Assembly: GCF_000009705.1 (NCBI RefSeq)
Contig: NC_003272.1
Location: forward strand, 2,700,001-2,732,000
Origin: Nostoc sp. PCC 7120 = FACHB-418
GTDB taxonomy: Bacteria; Cyanobacteriota; Cyanobacteriia; Cyanobacteriales; Nostocaceae
DNA length: 32,000 bases
Direction of reading: 5' to 3'
Below, piece after piece: positions 7,451 to 17,731 of the stretch (position 1 is its first letter; each line of letters begins with the position of its first letter). The notes under the pieces were generated by a model. The model worked only from the letters and a program-made list of their open reading frames with translations. It was not told the DNA's origin and searched no databases. The translations under genes and the position numbers were made by a program.

Positions 7451-8164
7451 CTATATCAATCTCAGGGCATACCCTGCGGCTATGGCTTTGTAGCATGATC
7501 TGAAGAACCAAAGGAATCAAATTTTTGTGGCGACTATTGTCTATATGTAAATTGCTCCAGGCGATCGCCTAAGGTTGGGTCTAGTCTATCACTGTGTTAA
7601 GTTACATTGAGACAAAGTGCAACATTGCGCCTTGAAGTAGTGGCGAGTTCATTGGTGATGGCGGAACCATCCAACCTAGAGATAGCTTTTCGCTCACCAG
7701 AGTCCATACCTGCAAACATAAATATATAAATATCAATATCTCCTAATGAATGGTTAACACCATTTACAGCATTTCTGACCTGGGAGCCATAGATAACAAT
7801 GATCTAAGGCCACAGTAGGATATGAATTTATGATTTACATTTCTATACCAATTAATTACAGTATTCTCTGGCTTAGTTATCTTAGCCTCTAGTTATAGTT
7901 GATACAAAAATCAAGTGCTATCATGGTGCCAAATTTATGTGAGAACACCATGATTACTGACGGCTTAATTTTCCTAGCTCTAAGCTCAGAATAGCTTTAT
8001 AGGGATATTTATTAAAAATTTCTCGATTGTACACAGGACAAAATAAAACTCCTTTGACACAATAGTACAGAAAATATGAAGTATCTAATATTTTCATATT
8101 TCTACGTATATTGCTGTCTAATTGTACTGTCACATAAGTAACCAAATCAATTACATACAACTCT

Positions 8165-9412
8165 ATGAACCTGAATAATCCTTTGGAGATGATGCAAACA
8201 AGTTTTCATACAGCTTTAGGCGCTGTTAGTGAATTAACTACTCTCCTGCAAAAACCCCAAAAACTGCCCAATTACCTTACCCAAATTCAACAAAAACCGG
8301 AGCAATTATTCCAAGATTTTGCAGTAAAAGGCAAAAATATGGAACAAGATGCAGCGAGTTTTTTCCAAAATTACTTTTGTGGCGGTGGAAACAAATCACC
8401 ATACCCCAAATATATAGAACGAGCCGATGGACAGGCGTTTAATCAACCCTATGAAATCAAAGGAACAAAAATGTATGCCTTTGTCGTTGAAGGATCAATG
8501 GCAAAGTTGCAAGAGGTGTGTGATAAATATCTCAATGATCCCAATAACGGAGAGATTGAATATCGCCCAGCGATGAACTATCTCATCCTGACATTCAACA
8601 AGATAGATTCTTTAAGTTCCATCTATCCGCCAGACTACGACAAAGGAACCGTATTTGAAGAAGAAGCAATTTTTTGGATGTTAACGGTGGTGGGTAAAAG
8701 AGTCGGCCCTTTATTTATAGCCGAACGCCTGGCTTGGTTTATGCCTTACCTGTACGTGAATAATTCTCCTATCCTTGTTTCTGGTAGGGAAGTCTACGGT
8801 TTCTTTAAACAACTTGGCACATTTCAGATTCCCGACTTAAATCAAGAACCAGAGTTATTGACCGTAGACACTTTAGTATTTAAAGACTTTTCACCTACAA
8901 GCAAATCTATAGATGCTCGCCTGTTGGAAGTTAAACGCATCAGTACAGGAGAGAAACATGAAGCTATCAAAACATGGGACACTTTTGAAGAAGCAGTGAG
9001 AGCGATCGCTAGTTTATTATTTGACAATAACGAAATTATCCTTCCTGGCTTACAGTTACCCTTCAATCTCCTCGAATATCTCCTCGCAAAAATCGTTCCC
9101 CTTGTTACTCTCAAACAAATCCGCGACGTAGAAAATAGTAAAAAAGCCTGCTATCAAGCACTTATCGAATCGCCAATGCAACTCCAAACTTTCTATGGCG
9201 GAAAACTCTTTGGCTTCAATAATTTTGGCGACCAGTTTCAATTAAAAATCAATAATTTCGCTAGCCAACCAATTGTCCAGGATTTAGGGCTATACAAGGG
9301 TTATTCTCCAGGCAGTGAATCCATAAATATTCCCGTCAAGCTTGGTTTTGTCCTGAATTTCGACTTCACCCTCAAAGATGGTAAAACCGTTTGGCAAGCA
9401 CCACAGCAATAG
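8165..9412 (+). CDS. Hypothetical protein with an acetoacetate-decarboxylase-like (ADC-fold) region
   Basis: 415 aa with an ATG start. SPILVSGREVYGFFKQLG resembles the GRE(i/v)(w/y)G.PK signature of the ADC-like family, and upstream beta-rich segments (KMYAFVVEG, MNYLILTF, EEAIFWMLTV) fit that fold. The N-terminal roughly 70 aa look helical and low in complexity. Confidence 0.55.
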   Translation: MNLNNPLEMMQTSFHTALGAVSELTTLLQKPQKLPNYLTQIQQKPEQLFQDFAVKGKNMEQDAASFFQNYFCGGGNKSPYPKYIERADGQAFNQPYEIKGTKMYAFVVEGSMAKLQEVCDKYLNDPNNGEIEYRPAMNYLILTFNKIDSLSSIYPPDYDKGTVFEEEAIFWMLTVVGKRVGPLFIAERLAWFMPYLYVNNSPILVSGREVYGFFKQLGTFQIPDLNQEPELLTVDTLVFKDFSPTSKSIDARLLEVKRISTGEKHEAIKTWDTFEEAVRAIASLLFDNNEIILPGLQLPFNLLEYLLAKIVPLVTLKQIRDVENSKKACYQALIESPMQLQTFYGGKLFGFNNFGDQFQLKINNFASQPIVQDLGLYKGYSPGSESINIPVKLGFVLNFDFTLKDGKTVWQAPQQ

Positions 9413-9555
9413 TTATAAGTGCTGTTAGGTAGCGGTAGTGGGGCATTCAGCCCGTGATGAGGAAGAGGTCATTACTTCTTCTACTACCTTCCTACGTCTA
9501 TACCTGTCGGCTATCTCCCCCTCCCTTCATACTTAGCAAAGAAAGAAAAACAACC

Positions 9556-11865
9556 ATGTCTAAAGCTTTTCAACCAAAAAAAATCGCTATCTTAGGAGGT
9601 GGAATGGCATCCCTAAGCACCGCCTACGAATTAACCAGTCAACCAGGATGGGAAAGTCTCTACGATATTACTATTTATCAAACCGGGTGGCGTTTGGGCG
9701 GTAAATGTGCGACTGGACGCAATATCAAACCCCATACAGCTGATTGTGAACCAGACTACCGGATCGAAGAACACGGACTGCACATTTTTTTTGGATTCTA
9801 TGAAAATGCCTTTCGTCTGCTAAAGCAATGTTATGACGAACTTGGTGGTAACGGGCCTTTTCACACCATAGAAGATGCCTTCAAACCCCACAGTCTAATT
9901 GTTTTAGAAGAGTACATTAATCAAAAATGGGTAAGTCTACCTTTTGATTTTCCGACAAACTCTCTCGTTCCCTGGGAAGGTGACGGTATTTCTTCTCTCT
10001 GGGAACATATCTGCACTACTATCAAATTCGTCATTCAGACTTACGCAGAAATTGATAATTACAATCAGTCTAATTCATCTCCAAGTTCCTCAGCATCTCT
10101 TGCCAAACAAATAGCATTAGGCAAGGAGGTCATAGAATTTTTAACAGATAGTAGTCTTTTGCAGTTCCCTAGCCAATTGCTTCAGTTATTTCTCCAAGCA
10201 CCCAGCTTTTGGGGAGGATGGCTGAAAAATATCAACCAATATGTTATCGATATTATTCAAGGCCTAGACTTGACTTCCGAAACAGTTTTTTTAAACCTCG
10301 TCGATAACCTAGTGCAATCACTGCCTAAAAATACCAAAACTCACAGACGCGAACATCATAAGTTAATTCTCCGGTTAGTAGACCGCTTTCAAAAACACTT
10401 GAGCCGTCAGATAGAATCTAAAATTAGTCAAAATCCTGACATCTTCTGGCGGTTAACACTCATCGACTTAGCATTAGCTAACATCCGGGGCTTATTTGTG
10501 GATGAGGTCATAAATTTTCGCTCTCTAGAGAGTCTAGATGAGTATAACTACAGAGATTGGCTACGAAAAAACGGAGCTAGAGAATCCAGCGTTAAATCAA
10601 CATTTATTCGCGTTCTATACGATTTAGTCTATGGCTTTCCCGAAGGCAACACTAATAAACCACAACTAGCAGCAGGAACAGCAATCCGTATCCTCACCAC
10701 TATCTTGTTCAAATATAATGGTGCGATCATGTGGAAAATGCAATCAGGAATGGCGGATGTAGTCATCACACCACTATATGAACTACTAAAGCGTCGCGGC
10801 GTAAAATTCCAGTTCTTCCATATTGTCAAACAGTTGCATCTAGATAAAGATGAGCAATCGATTGCTAGCATGACTTTAGCTCGTCAAGTTAATTTAAAAA
10901 ACCCAGAGCAAGAATATCAACCACTCATCACAGTTAAAGATATTCGTTGCTGGCCTAGCGAACCTCTTTATGATCAAATTGTCGATGAAGAAGCGCAAAA
11001 ACTCCAACAACAAAAAATTAACCTTGAATCACATTGGACACCTTGGGAAAATGTAGACAAAATTACTCTTACCAAAGGTGATGATTTCGATATTGTGTTG
11101 CTGGGAATTTCTATAGCCGCCTTACCTTTTATTTGTGGTGAATTGCTCCAAGCTAAAAAAAATCCAGTTCATCAAAAATGGCTCAAGATGCTCAATAACG
11201 TGAAGACAGTCACCACTCAAGGTGGACAAATATGGCTCAAGCCTACCTTGTCCCAATTGGGATGGCAAAAACCTAGTCCGGTTTTGGGAGCTTATGTTGA
11301 ACCCCTTGATGTCTATGCAGATATGAGTGAGGTACTACCAAGAGAAAATTGGCCTTCTGAGCATTACCCTTACAATGTAGCTTATTTTACAGGAGTAATC
11401 GCAGATCCTGGGATTCCTCCCCAGACAGAATATGATTTTCCAGCTAAAGCCCAAAAAATAGTAGAGCAACAAGCAATTAACTTTCTTAACAATCACATCG
11501 GACACCTTTGGCCTAATGCTACTCACCCCAAAAATCCCCAAGGTTTGAACTGGGATTTACTAATAGATTTTCAAAACCGTCAGGGCGTAGAACGCTTTAA
11601 AGCTCAATACTGGCGAATTAACATTGACCCGTCAGAACGCTATGTATTATCTGTACCTGGAAGTACCAAGTATCGACTCAAAACTGATGAATCTGGTTTT
11701 GATAACCTCTACCTCACGGGTGATTGGATTGACAACGGTTACAATTCCGGTTGTGTAGAAGCGACGGTAATATCTGCAATGCAAGCTACGCGTGCTATTT
11801 TGCAACAATGCTTCCACATAAATTACACCAAAGAAATTATTGGTGAATGGGATTCTTGGCTCTAG
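9556..11865 (+). CDS. Long FAD/NAD(P)-binding oxidoreductase of the phytoene-desaturase / HpnE / amine-oxidase superfamily
   Basis: The start is chosen at ATG 9556 (MSKAFQPKKIAILGGGMASLSTAYEL, a dinucleotide fold at the N-terminus). The track's GTG at 9454 adds 34 implausible residues. EEHGLHIFFGFYENAF matches the E-x-G-L-H-I-F-F-G-x-Y motif of plant-type PDS/ZDS/HpnE, and the C-terminal LYLTGDWIDNGYNSGCVEATVISAMQA is the usual FAD-contact motif. It is about 769 aa, against about 450-500 aa for these enzymes. Confidence 0.75.
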   Translation: MSKAFQPKKIAILGGGMASLSTAYELTSQPGWESLYDITIYQTGWRLGGKCATGRNIKPHTADCEPDYRIEEHGLHIFFGFYENAFRLLKQCYDELGGNGPFHTIEDAFKPHSLIVLEEYINQKWVSLPFDFPTNSLVPWEGDGISSLWEHICTTIKFVIQTYAEIDNYNQSNSSPSSSASLAKQIALGKEVIEFLTDSSLLQFPSQLLQLFLQAPSFWGGWLKNINQYVIDIIQGLDLTSETVFLNLVDNLVQSLPKNTKTHRREHHKLILRLVDRFQKHLSRQIESKISQNPDIFWRLTLIDLALANIRGLFVDEVINFRSLESLDEYNYRDWLRKNGARESSVKSTFIRVLYDLVYGFPEGNTNKPQLAAGTAIRILTTILFKYNGAIMWKMQSGMADVVITPLYELLKRRGVKFQFFHIVKQLHLDKDEQSIASMTLARQVNLKNPEQEYQPLITVKDIRCWPSEPLYDQIVDEEAQKLQQQKINLESHWTPWENVDKITLTKGDDFDIVLLGISIAALPFICGELLQAKKNPVHQKWLKMLNNVKTVTTQGGQIWLKPTLSQLGWQKPSPVLGAYVEPLDVYADMSEVLPRENWPSEHYPYNVAYFTGVIADPGIPPQTEYDFPAKAQKIVEQQAINFLNNHIGHLWPNATHPKNPQGLNWDLLIDFQNRQGVERFKAQYWRINIDPSERYVLSVPGSTKYRLKTDESGFDNLYLTGDWIDNGYNSGCVEATVISAMQATRAILQQCFHINYTKEIIGEWDSWL

Positions 11866-12072
11866 GAGTGTATTTAATTTAAATTAGTAAGATATATTTT
11901 GACAAACTTGATGAAATTTAGCATTATTGAGTTTGTCAGAACCTATGCCATTTAACATGAACATACCTTTTTAAGGAAAGTTAATTAACTGACTTTAAAA
12001 ATGAATTTATTATTTCGTTGATAAATAATTATCTCAATACTACACTCACGATTTTAATTATTAAAATAACTA

Positions 12073-15000
12073 ATGATTACATTGCCTAATTACCAAATTA
12101 TAGAATTAATTGGCGAAGGAGTAAAAACTAATGTTTATCATGCTATCAGCATTCCAGATAGTAAACTGGTGGTTATTAAAATTTTAAAAACAGAATACCC
12201 TGAATTAAAAGATATAGCGGCCTTAAAACATGAGTATGAACTAATTAAGAATTTAGATATCCCAGGAGTAGTTAAAGCTCATGGTTTTGAAAAATACAAC
12301 AATTGTTTTGCCCTGGTTTTAGAAGAATTTGATGGTACTTCCCTCCACAAAGTTATTCAAGAAAAGAAAATTGGGTTACTCGATTTCTGTAAAATAGGTA
12401 TTCAAATTACCCAAGCACTAGGTGAATTACACCGAAAATATATTATTCATAAAGATATTAAACCACAGAATATTATTGTTAATTTAGAAACCCATCAAGT
12501 TAAAATAATCGATTTTTCTATTTCATCATTACTATTTCAGGAAAAAGCCAAGCTCAATAATCCTAATTTGCTAGAAGGAACTATAGCCTATATGTCTCCA
12601 GAGCAAACAGGTCGAATGAACAGGTCAATTGATTATCGTACAGACTTTTATTCATTAGGTGTAACTTTTTATGAAATGCTCACAGGTCAGTTACCATTTA
12701 TCGTGACTGACCCAATGGAGTTAGTTCATTGTCATATTGCCAAACAACCTATATCAATAAACCAATTAATCCCGGAAATACCTGAAGTAGTTTCTGAAAT
12801 CATCATGAAATTACTTAGCAAAACTGCTGAGGAAAGATATCAAAGTGCTTTGGGAATTAAAGCTGATTTAGAAAAATGTCTTAACCAGTTAGTCGCAGTT
12901 GATTCTATCACTACATTTCCTATTGGTCAGCATGATCAGTCTAGCCAATTACAAATTCCTGAGAAATTATATGGACGAGAAGCAGAAATAGATATTTTGA
13001 TGGCTGCTTTTGAAAACGTCAATCAAGGTCATAAAGAATTAATATTAGTTGCAGGTTACTCAGGTATCGGTAAATCAGCCTTAGTGAATGAAATTCATAA
13101 ACCTGTTATTAAAAACAGAGGCTATTTTATTGCAGGTAAATTTGAACAATTTCAGCGTAATATTCCTTATGCTTCACTAATTCAAGCCTTTCAAGAGTTA
13201 ATGCAGCAATTGCTGACAGAAAGTGGACAACAATTAGCTAATTGGCGAGAAAGAATTTTAGCGGCTTTAGTCCCTAATGCTCAAATTATCATTGATGTTA
13301 TTCCCGAACTAGAACTAATTATTGGTAAACAACCAGAAGTACCACAACTAGGGTCAGCCGAAGCACAGAATCGCTTTAACTTGGTGATGCAAAAATTTAT
13401 TAATGTTTTTGCACAAAAAGAGCATCCATTAGTTGTATTTTTAGATGATTTACAGTGGGCAGATTTAGCCTCATTAAAATTAATTCAACTATTAGCGATC
13501 AATAGTGATATTCAATACTTATTTCTCATAGGAGCTTATCGAGATAATGAAGTTGATAGCAGTCATCATTTAATGCTGATTTTGCAGGAGATTGAAAAAA
13601 ATCGTACTCCCATCAATATTATTTACTGCCAAAATCTTAAAATAACTGATGTTTGTCAATTAGTGGGTGACACTCTAAAATCTGGGTTAGAAGATTCCAA
13701 AGAATTGGCTAAATTGATTTTCCATAAAACTGGTGGTAATCCATTTTTTATCAACCAATTGCTAAAGTTTATTCATCAAGAAAATTTACTTGTATTTAAC
13801 TTTATTACTGGTCAATGGCAATGGTATATTCAGTATATCCAGATGCTAGATATTACTGATAATGTTGTTGATCTGATGATAGGTAAAATTCAAAAACTCA
13901 AAGATAATACACAAAATATTATAAAAATAGCCGCTTGTATTGGTAATCGATTTAATTTAAATACACTATCTTGTATTAATGAAAAATCCCACAATGCTAC
14001 AGCATTAGATATTTGGGAAGCCCTGCAAGCTGGTTTAATTATCCCTTTGAGTGATAATTACAAACTACCACAACTGTTAGATGATGTTGACATTTTTGTC
14101 ATTGATTATAAGTTTCTTCATGATCGTGTACAACAAGCAGCCTATGCGTTAATTCCCGATGAGCATAAGAAGGAAATTCACTTAAATATTGGCAGGCTGC
14201 TATTAAAAAATATAGATAAAAGTTTACTAGAAGAAAAAATCTTTGATATTGCTAACCAGTTAAATATGGGTGCTGGACTCATTACTGCTCCAGAAGAAAG
14301 GTATAAATTGGCTGCATTAAATCTGATGGCTGGACGTAAAGCGAAAGATTCTACTGCTTACGAATCTGCTGTAAGCTTCCTTAAGCAAGGTTTAAATCTA
14401 CTTGATATTGACTGTTGGCAGAAGCATTATGAATTAACACTTGACCTTCATGTAGAAACTGTAGAATCTGCATATTTAAATACAAATTTTGAGGAAGCAG
14501 AACCATTATTTGCCACTGTTATCGCTAACAGTAAAAATATTCTTGATGCTGTTAAGGTATATGAGAAAAAAATTCAATTTTACGTCGGTCAAAATCGAAT
14601 GAGAGAAGCATTAGATTTAGATTTGCAGGTACTAGGAATGCTAGGAGTTTCTTTGTCCCAAACTCCACCAGCAGAGTTAAAAATTGAAGAATTAATCAAT
14701 CTCCCAGAAATGATGGACCCTAGTAAGCTGGCTGCAATGAGGATACTAATGACAGCTATGCCTCCTGCTTATTTAGCAGATCCTGCACTTTTACCATTGA
14801 TTGCTTTTACAATGATTGATCTATGCTTGCAGTATGGAAATTCATCTTTTGCAGCTTACGCTTATGGTTTTTATGGGCTAATTTTGTGTGGGCCTCTTAA
14901 TAATATCGAATCAGGATATAGATTTGGTAAATTATCCTTACAAATTTTAAATCAATTCAATGCCAAGGAAATAAAGTCTAAAGTTTATGCCTTGTTTAAT

Positions 15001-17406
15001 ATTTTTGTTAGGCATTGGAAAGAGCATATTCAAACAACTATAGAACCGTTACAAGAGGGTGTTCAAAGTGGTTTAGATACAGGGGATATTGAATATGTTG
15101 GCTACAATGGTTTACTAGTTTGTTGGCATCCTTTCTGGAGCGGAGAAAATCTAGAAACTGTTGAACAAAGATTAGATAAATATATTAACTTAGCACAAAG
15201 GATACAGCAAGAACACTTTACCGTTTGTTTGCTGATATTGAAACAGTTACTAACTGAACTTAAACAAGGTCTGAAAAATGAAGTTTACTTAGATGGTGAT
15301 GACTTCAATAATTCAATAATGCAGAGAATGGCAGGTAACATTACAGCTATATTTTATGCTTATCTTGCTAAAAGTATTTTGAGTTATTTTTTTAAAGATT
15401 ATAGTCAGGCTGTAAAAAATGCTGAATTAGCACAGCAGTATGAAGTTGCTGTTGGTGGCACTTTTTATTTAATTGAATATAAATTTTATTACTCGCTGGC
15501 ACTGCTAGCTCTTTGTTTAAATCTAACCTCTGATGCAGATATAACATCTGCCTTAGAAAAAGTATCAGAAAATCAGCAGCAATTAAAAGAATGGGCAGAT
15601 CATGCACCTATAAATAATCAACATAAATATGAATTAGTAGAGGCAGAGAAAGCACGAGTATTAGGACAAGTATTAATAGCAATGGAGTATTATGAGTGTG
15701 CCATTCAAGGCGCGCATAAGTTTGGATATATTCATGAAGAAGCACTAGCTTATGAATGTGCAGCAGAATTTTACTTTAGTTTAGGGAGAAATGAATTTGC
15801 TTGCCTCTATATAACAAAGGCACACTATGGTTATCGTCATTGGGGAGCAAGTGCTAAAGTGAGAAATTTGGAATCTAAATACCCAGAATTAACTGCTAAG
15901 ATATCTAGTCAATATCCGGCAGACTTTACAAATACTAATATCACTACTTCTACTGCTAGTGAGAAGTCAAGTGGATTAGATTTAATTTCAGTTATTAAAG
16001 CATCACAAACTCTGTCAGAAGTCATTTTACTAGATAATTTACTAGAAAAATTAATGACAATTGTGATTGAGAATGCTGGCGCTCAAACTGGTATTCTCCT
16101 GTTGGAAAAAGCCGGCAATTTATTGATTGAGGCTAAGGCAAGTGTAGATAAAGATGATGTAACTGTTGGTCAATCAATACCATTTGAGGACAGCCAACAA
16201 TTACCAATATCTGTGATTAATTTTGTCAGAAGAACAAGGAAAGATGTAGTTTTGTCTGATGCCAGTAATGAAGGAAGCTTTATCCTAGATCCCTATATTA
16301 TTAAACAGGATATAAAGTCTATCATCTGTACTTCTATTCTGAATCAAGGTAAATTAATTGGTATACTTTATTTGGAAAATAATTTAATAGTAGGAGCATT
16401 TACTGCGGACAGAATACAGATATTAAAGTTACTATCTACACAAGCAGCTATTTCTCTGGAAAACGCTCGACTTTACGCTAATTTAGAAGAAAAGATAGAA
16501 GAAAGAACTAGAGAATTAAATGAAAATAATTTGCGCTTAAGGCAAACATTACACGAATTAAAACTGACACAAACTCAGCTTATTCAAACAGAAAAAATGT
16601 CTAGTTTGGGGCAAATGGTTGCTGGCATTGCTCACGAAATTAATAACCCTGTAAGTTTTATTCATGGTAACCTAAGTCACATTGATAATTATGCCAATGA
16701 CTTACTCACTTTAATTGACATTTATCGAAGTATTTATCCTGAAGCAACGCCAGAAATTGAAGAGTTTTTAGAAAATATTGACGTTGATTTTATTAAAGAA
16801 GATATGCCGAAAACTTTATCTTCTATGAAAATTGGTACACAGCGTATTCGGGAAATTGTGCTGACACTACGTAATTTCTCGCGGTTAGATGAGGCTGATA
16901 TGAAACCTGTGGATATTCATGAGGGGATTGAAAGTACTTTACTCATTTTACAAAGTCGTCTCCAAGCCAAACCAGGTAAGCCTGCAATAGAGATTATTAA
17001 GAATTATGCTGAATTACCAAAAGTTGAGTGTTATACTGGGCAGTTGAATCAGGTATTCATGAATATCCTCAATAATGCCATTGATTCTTTGGAAAAGTTA
17101 AATCGGGAACATAATTTAGAGGAGATTAAGACTGATGCTAGTGCGATCGCTATTCGTACCGAAGTAGTCAATCCTGATTTAGTCGCTATTTCCATTAAGG
17201 ATAATGGGTTAGGGATGAGTGATAGCGTTAGACAAAGAATATTTGACCCTTTTTTCACTACTAAACCTATAGGACAAGGTACTGGTTTAGGATTATCAAT
17301 CAGTTATCAAATTGTAGTAGATAAACATCGAGGTAGCATAGAGTGCATTTCTACGCCTGGGCAAGGTGCAGAATTTATCATTCAAATTCCCTGTCGACAA
17401 AAGTGA
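12073..17406 (+). CDS. Multidomain Ser/Thr kinase - AAA(STAND-like) ATPase - TPR-like - GAF - histidine kinase (HstK-type dual kinase)
   Basis: Kinase motifs are GEGVKTNVY..VIKIL, HKDIKPQNI, IIDFS and GTIAYMSPEQ. Walker A is GYSGIGKSAL with DDLQWAD. The GAF region includes GKLIGILYLENN. The H-box is VAGIAHEINNPVSF, the N box NILNNAIDS, G1 IKDNGLGM and G2 GQGTGLGLS. Confidence 0.9.
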   Translation: MITLPNYQIIELIGEGVKTNVYHAISIPDSKLVVIKILKTEYPELKDIAALKHEYELIKNLDIPGVVKAHGFEKYNNCFALVLEEFDGTSLHKVIQEKKIGLLDFCKIGIQITQALGELHRKYIIHKDIKPQNIIVNLETHQVKIIDFSISSLLFQEKAKLNNPNLLEGTIAYMSPEQTGRMNRSIDYRTDFYSLGVTFYEMLTGQLPFIVTDPMELVHCHIAKQPISINQLIPEIPEVVSEIIMKLLSKTAEERYQSALGIKADLEKCLNQLVAVDSITTFPIGQHDQSSQLQIPEKLYGREAEIDILMAAFENVNQGHKELILVAGYSGIGKSALVNEIHKPVIKNRGYFIAGKFEQFQRNIPYASLIQAFQELMQQLLTESGQQLANWRERILAALVPNAQIIIDVIPELELIIGKQPEVPQLGSAEAQNRFNLVMQKFINVFAQKEHPLVVFLDDLQWADLASLKLIQLLAINSDIQYLFLIGAYRDNEVDSSHHLMLILQEIEKNRTPINIIYCQNLKITDVCQLVGDTLKSGLEDSKELAKLIFHKTGGNPFFINQLLKFIHQENLLVFNFITGQWQWYIQYIQMLDITDNVVDLMIGKIQKLKDNTQNIIKIAACIGNRFNLNTLSCINEKSHNATALDIWEALQAGLIIPLSDNYKLPQLLDDVDIFVIDYKFLHDRVQQAAYALIPDEHKKEIHLNIGRLLLKNIDKSLLEEKIFDIANQLNMGAGLITAPEERYKLAALNLMAGRKAKDSTAYESAVSFLKQGLNLLDIDCWQKHYELTLDLHVETVESAYLNTNFEEAEPLFATVIANSKNILDAVKVYEKKIQFYVGQNRMREALDLDLQVLGMLGVSLSQTPPAELKIEELINLPEMMDPSKLAAMRILMTAMPPAYLADPALLPLIAFTMIDLCLQYGNSSFAAYAYGFYGLILCGPLNNIESGYRFGKLSLQILNQFNAKEIKSKVYALFNIFVRHWKEHIQTTIEPLQEGVQSGLDTGDIEYVGYNGLLVCWHPFWSGENLETVEQRLDKYINLAQRIQQEHFTVCLLILKQLLTELKQGLKNEVYLDGDDFNNSIMQRMAGNITAIFYAYLAKSILSYFFKDYSQAVKNAELAQQYEVAVGGTFYLIEYKFYYSLALLALCLNLTSDADITSALEKVSENQQQLKEWADHAPINNQHKYELVEAEKARVLGQVLIAMEYYECAIQGAHKFGYIHEEALAYECAAEFYFSLGRNEFACLYITKAHYGYRHWGASAKVRNLESKYPELTAKISSQYPADFTNTNITTSTASEKSSGLDLISVIKASQTLSEVILLDNLLEKLMTIVIENAGAQTGILLLEKAGNLLIEAKASVDKDDVTVGQSIPFEDSQQLPISVINFVRRTRKDVVLSDASNEGSFILDPYIIKQDIKSIICTSILNQGKLIGILYLENNLIVGAFTADRIQILKLLSTQAAISLENARLYANLEEKIEERTRELNENNLRLRQTLHELKLTQTQLIQTEKMSSLGQMVAGIAHEINNPVSFIHGNLSHIDNYANDLLTLIDIYRSIYPEATPEIEEFLENIDVDFIKEDMPKTLSSMKIGTQRIREIVLTLRNFSRLDEADMKPVDIHEGIESTLLILQSRLQAKPGKPAIEIIKNYAELPKVECYTGQLNQVFMNILNNAIDSLEKLNREHNLEEIKTDASAIAIRTEVVNPDLVAISIKDNGLGMSDSVRQRIFDPFFTTKPIGQGTGLGLSISYQIVVDKHRGSIECISTPGQGAEFIIQIPCRQK

Positions 17407-17731
17407 GTAGTATAGTTTAATTATGTTTCTTTAATTGATCAGGTTACATCAAATGCTTCCTTCGCATTCCTTACCGGGCAAGGATTTTCTCTATTCATAG
17501 AGTAGTTCAGGTGTTCGCATTAAAGTAGCTGGAATGTTTACAGTTTGACTAACATTGATTAAGTAAGCCTCATATAGTTAAGTGAAGTAAAAACTTATCC
17601 ATTCCTTTTTACCAGCCCTTACGTAACAAATATTTATGAGTTAAAATAGTTACATAATTTCTTCATTAGATTTTATTCGCTAATATTAATAATAATGTCA
17701 AGATGAACGTAAGACTTAAAAAAGTCATGCA

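Noticed and set aside
7954-8160. A 68-aa minus-strand ORF just upstream of the 8165 gene.
   Set aside because: It is very AT-rich with odd composition (MYVIDLVTYVTVQLDSNIRRNMKILDTSYFLYYC...) and no ribosome-binding site. It occupies the expected promoter region of the 8165 gene.
8842-9241. Antisense track ORFs inside larger genes: 8842-9114, 9056-9241, 10629-10871, 11335-11541, 15392-15607, 17049-17258, 18139-18330, 18808-18996, 20235-20459, 21631-21825, 22147-22362, 23542-24006, 24307-24711, 25399-25722, 28908-29105 and 30438-30653.
   Set aside because: All are embedded in, or overlap, well-supported genes on the opposite strand and show no recognisable motifs.
9454-9555. A GTG-initiated 34-aa leader on the flavoprotein ORF (MMRKRSLLLLLPSYVYTCRLSPPPF...).
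   Set aside because: The dinucleotide-binding fold normally sits at the extreme N-terminus, and the ATG at 9556 places it there. The leader looks like translated noncoding sequence.
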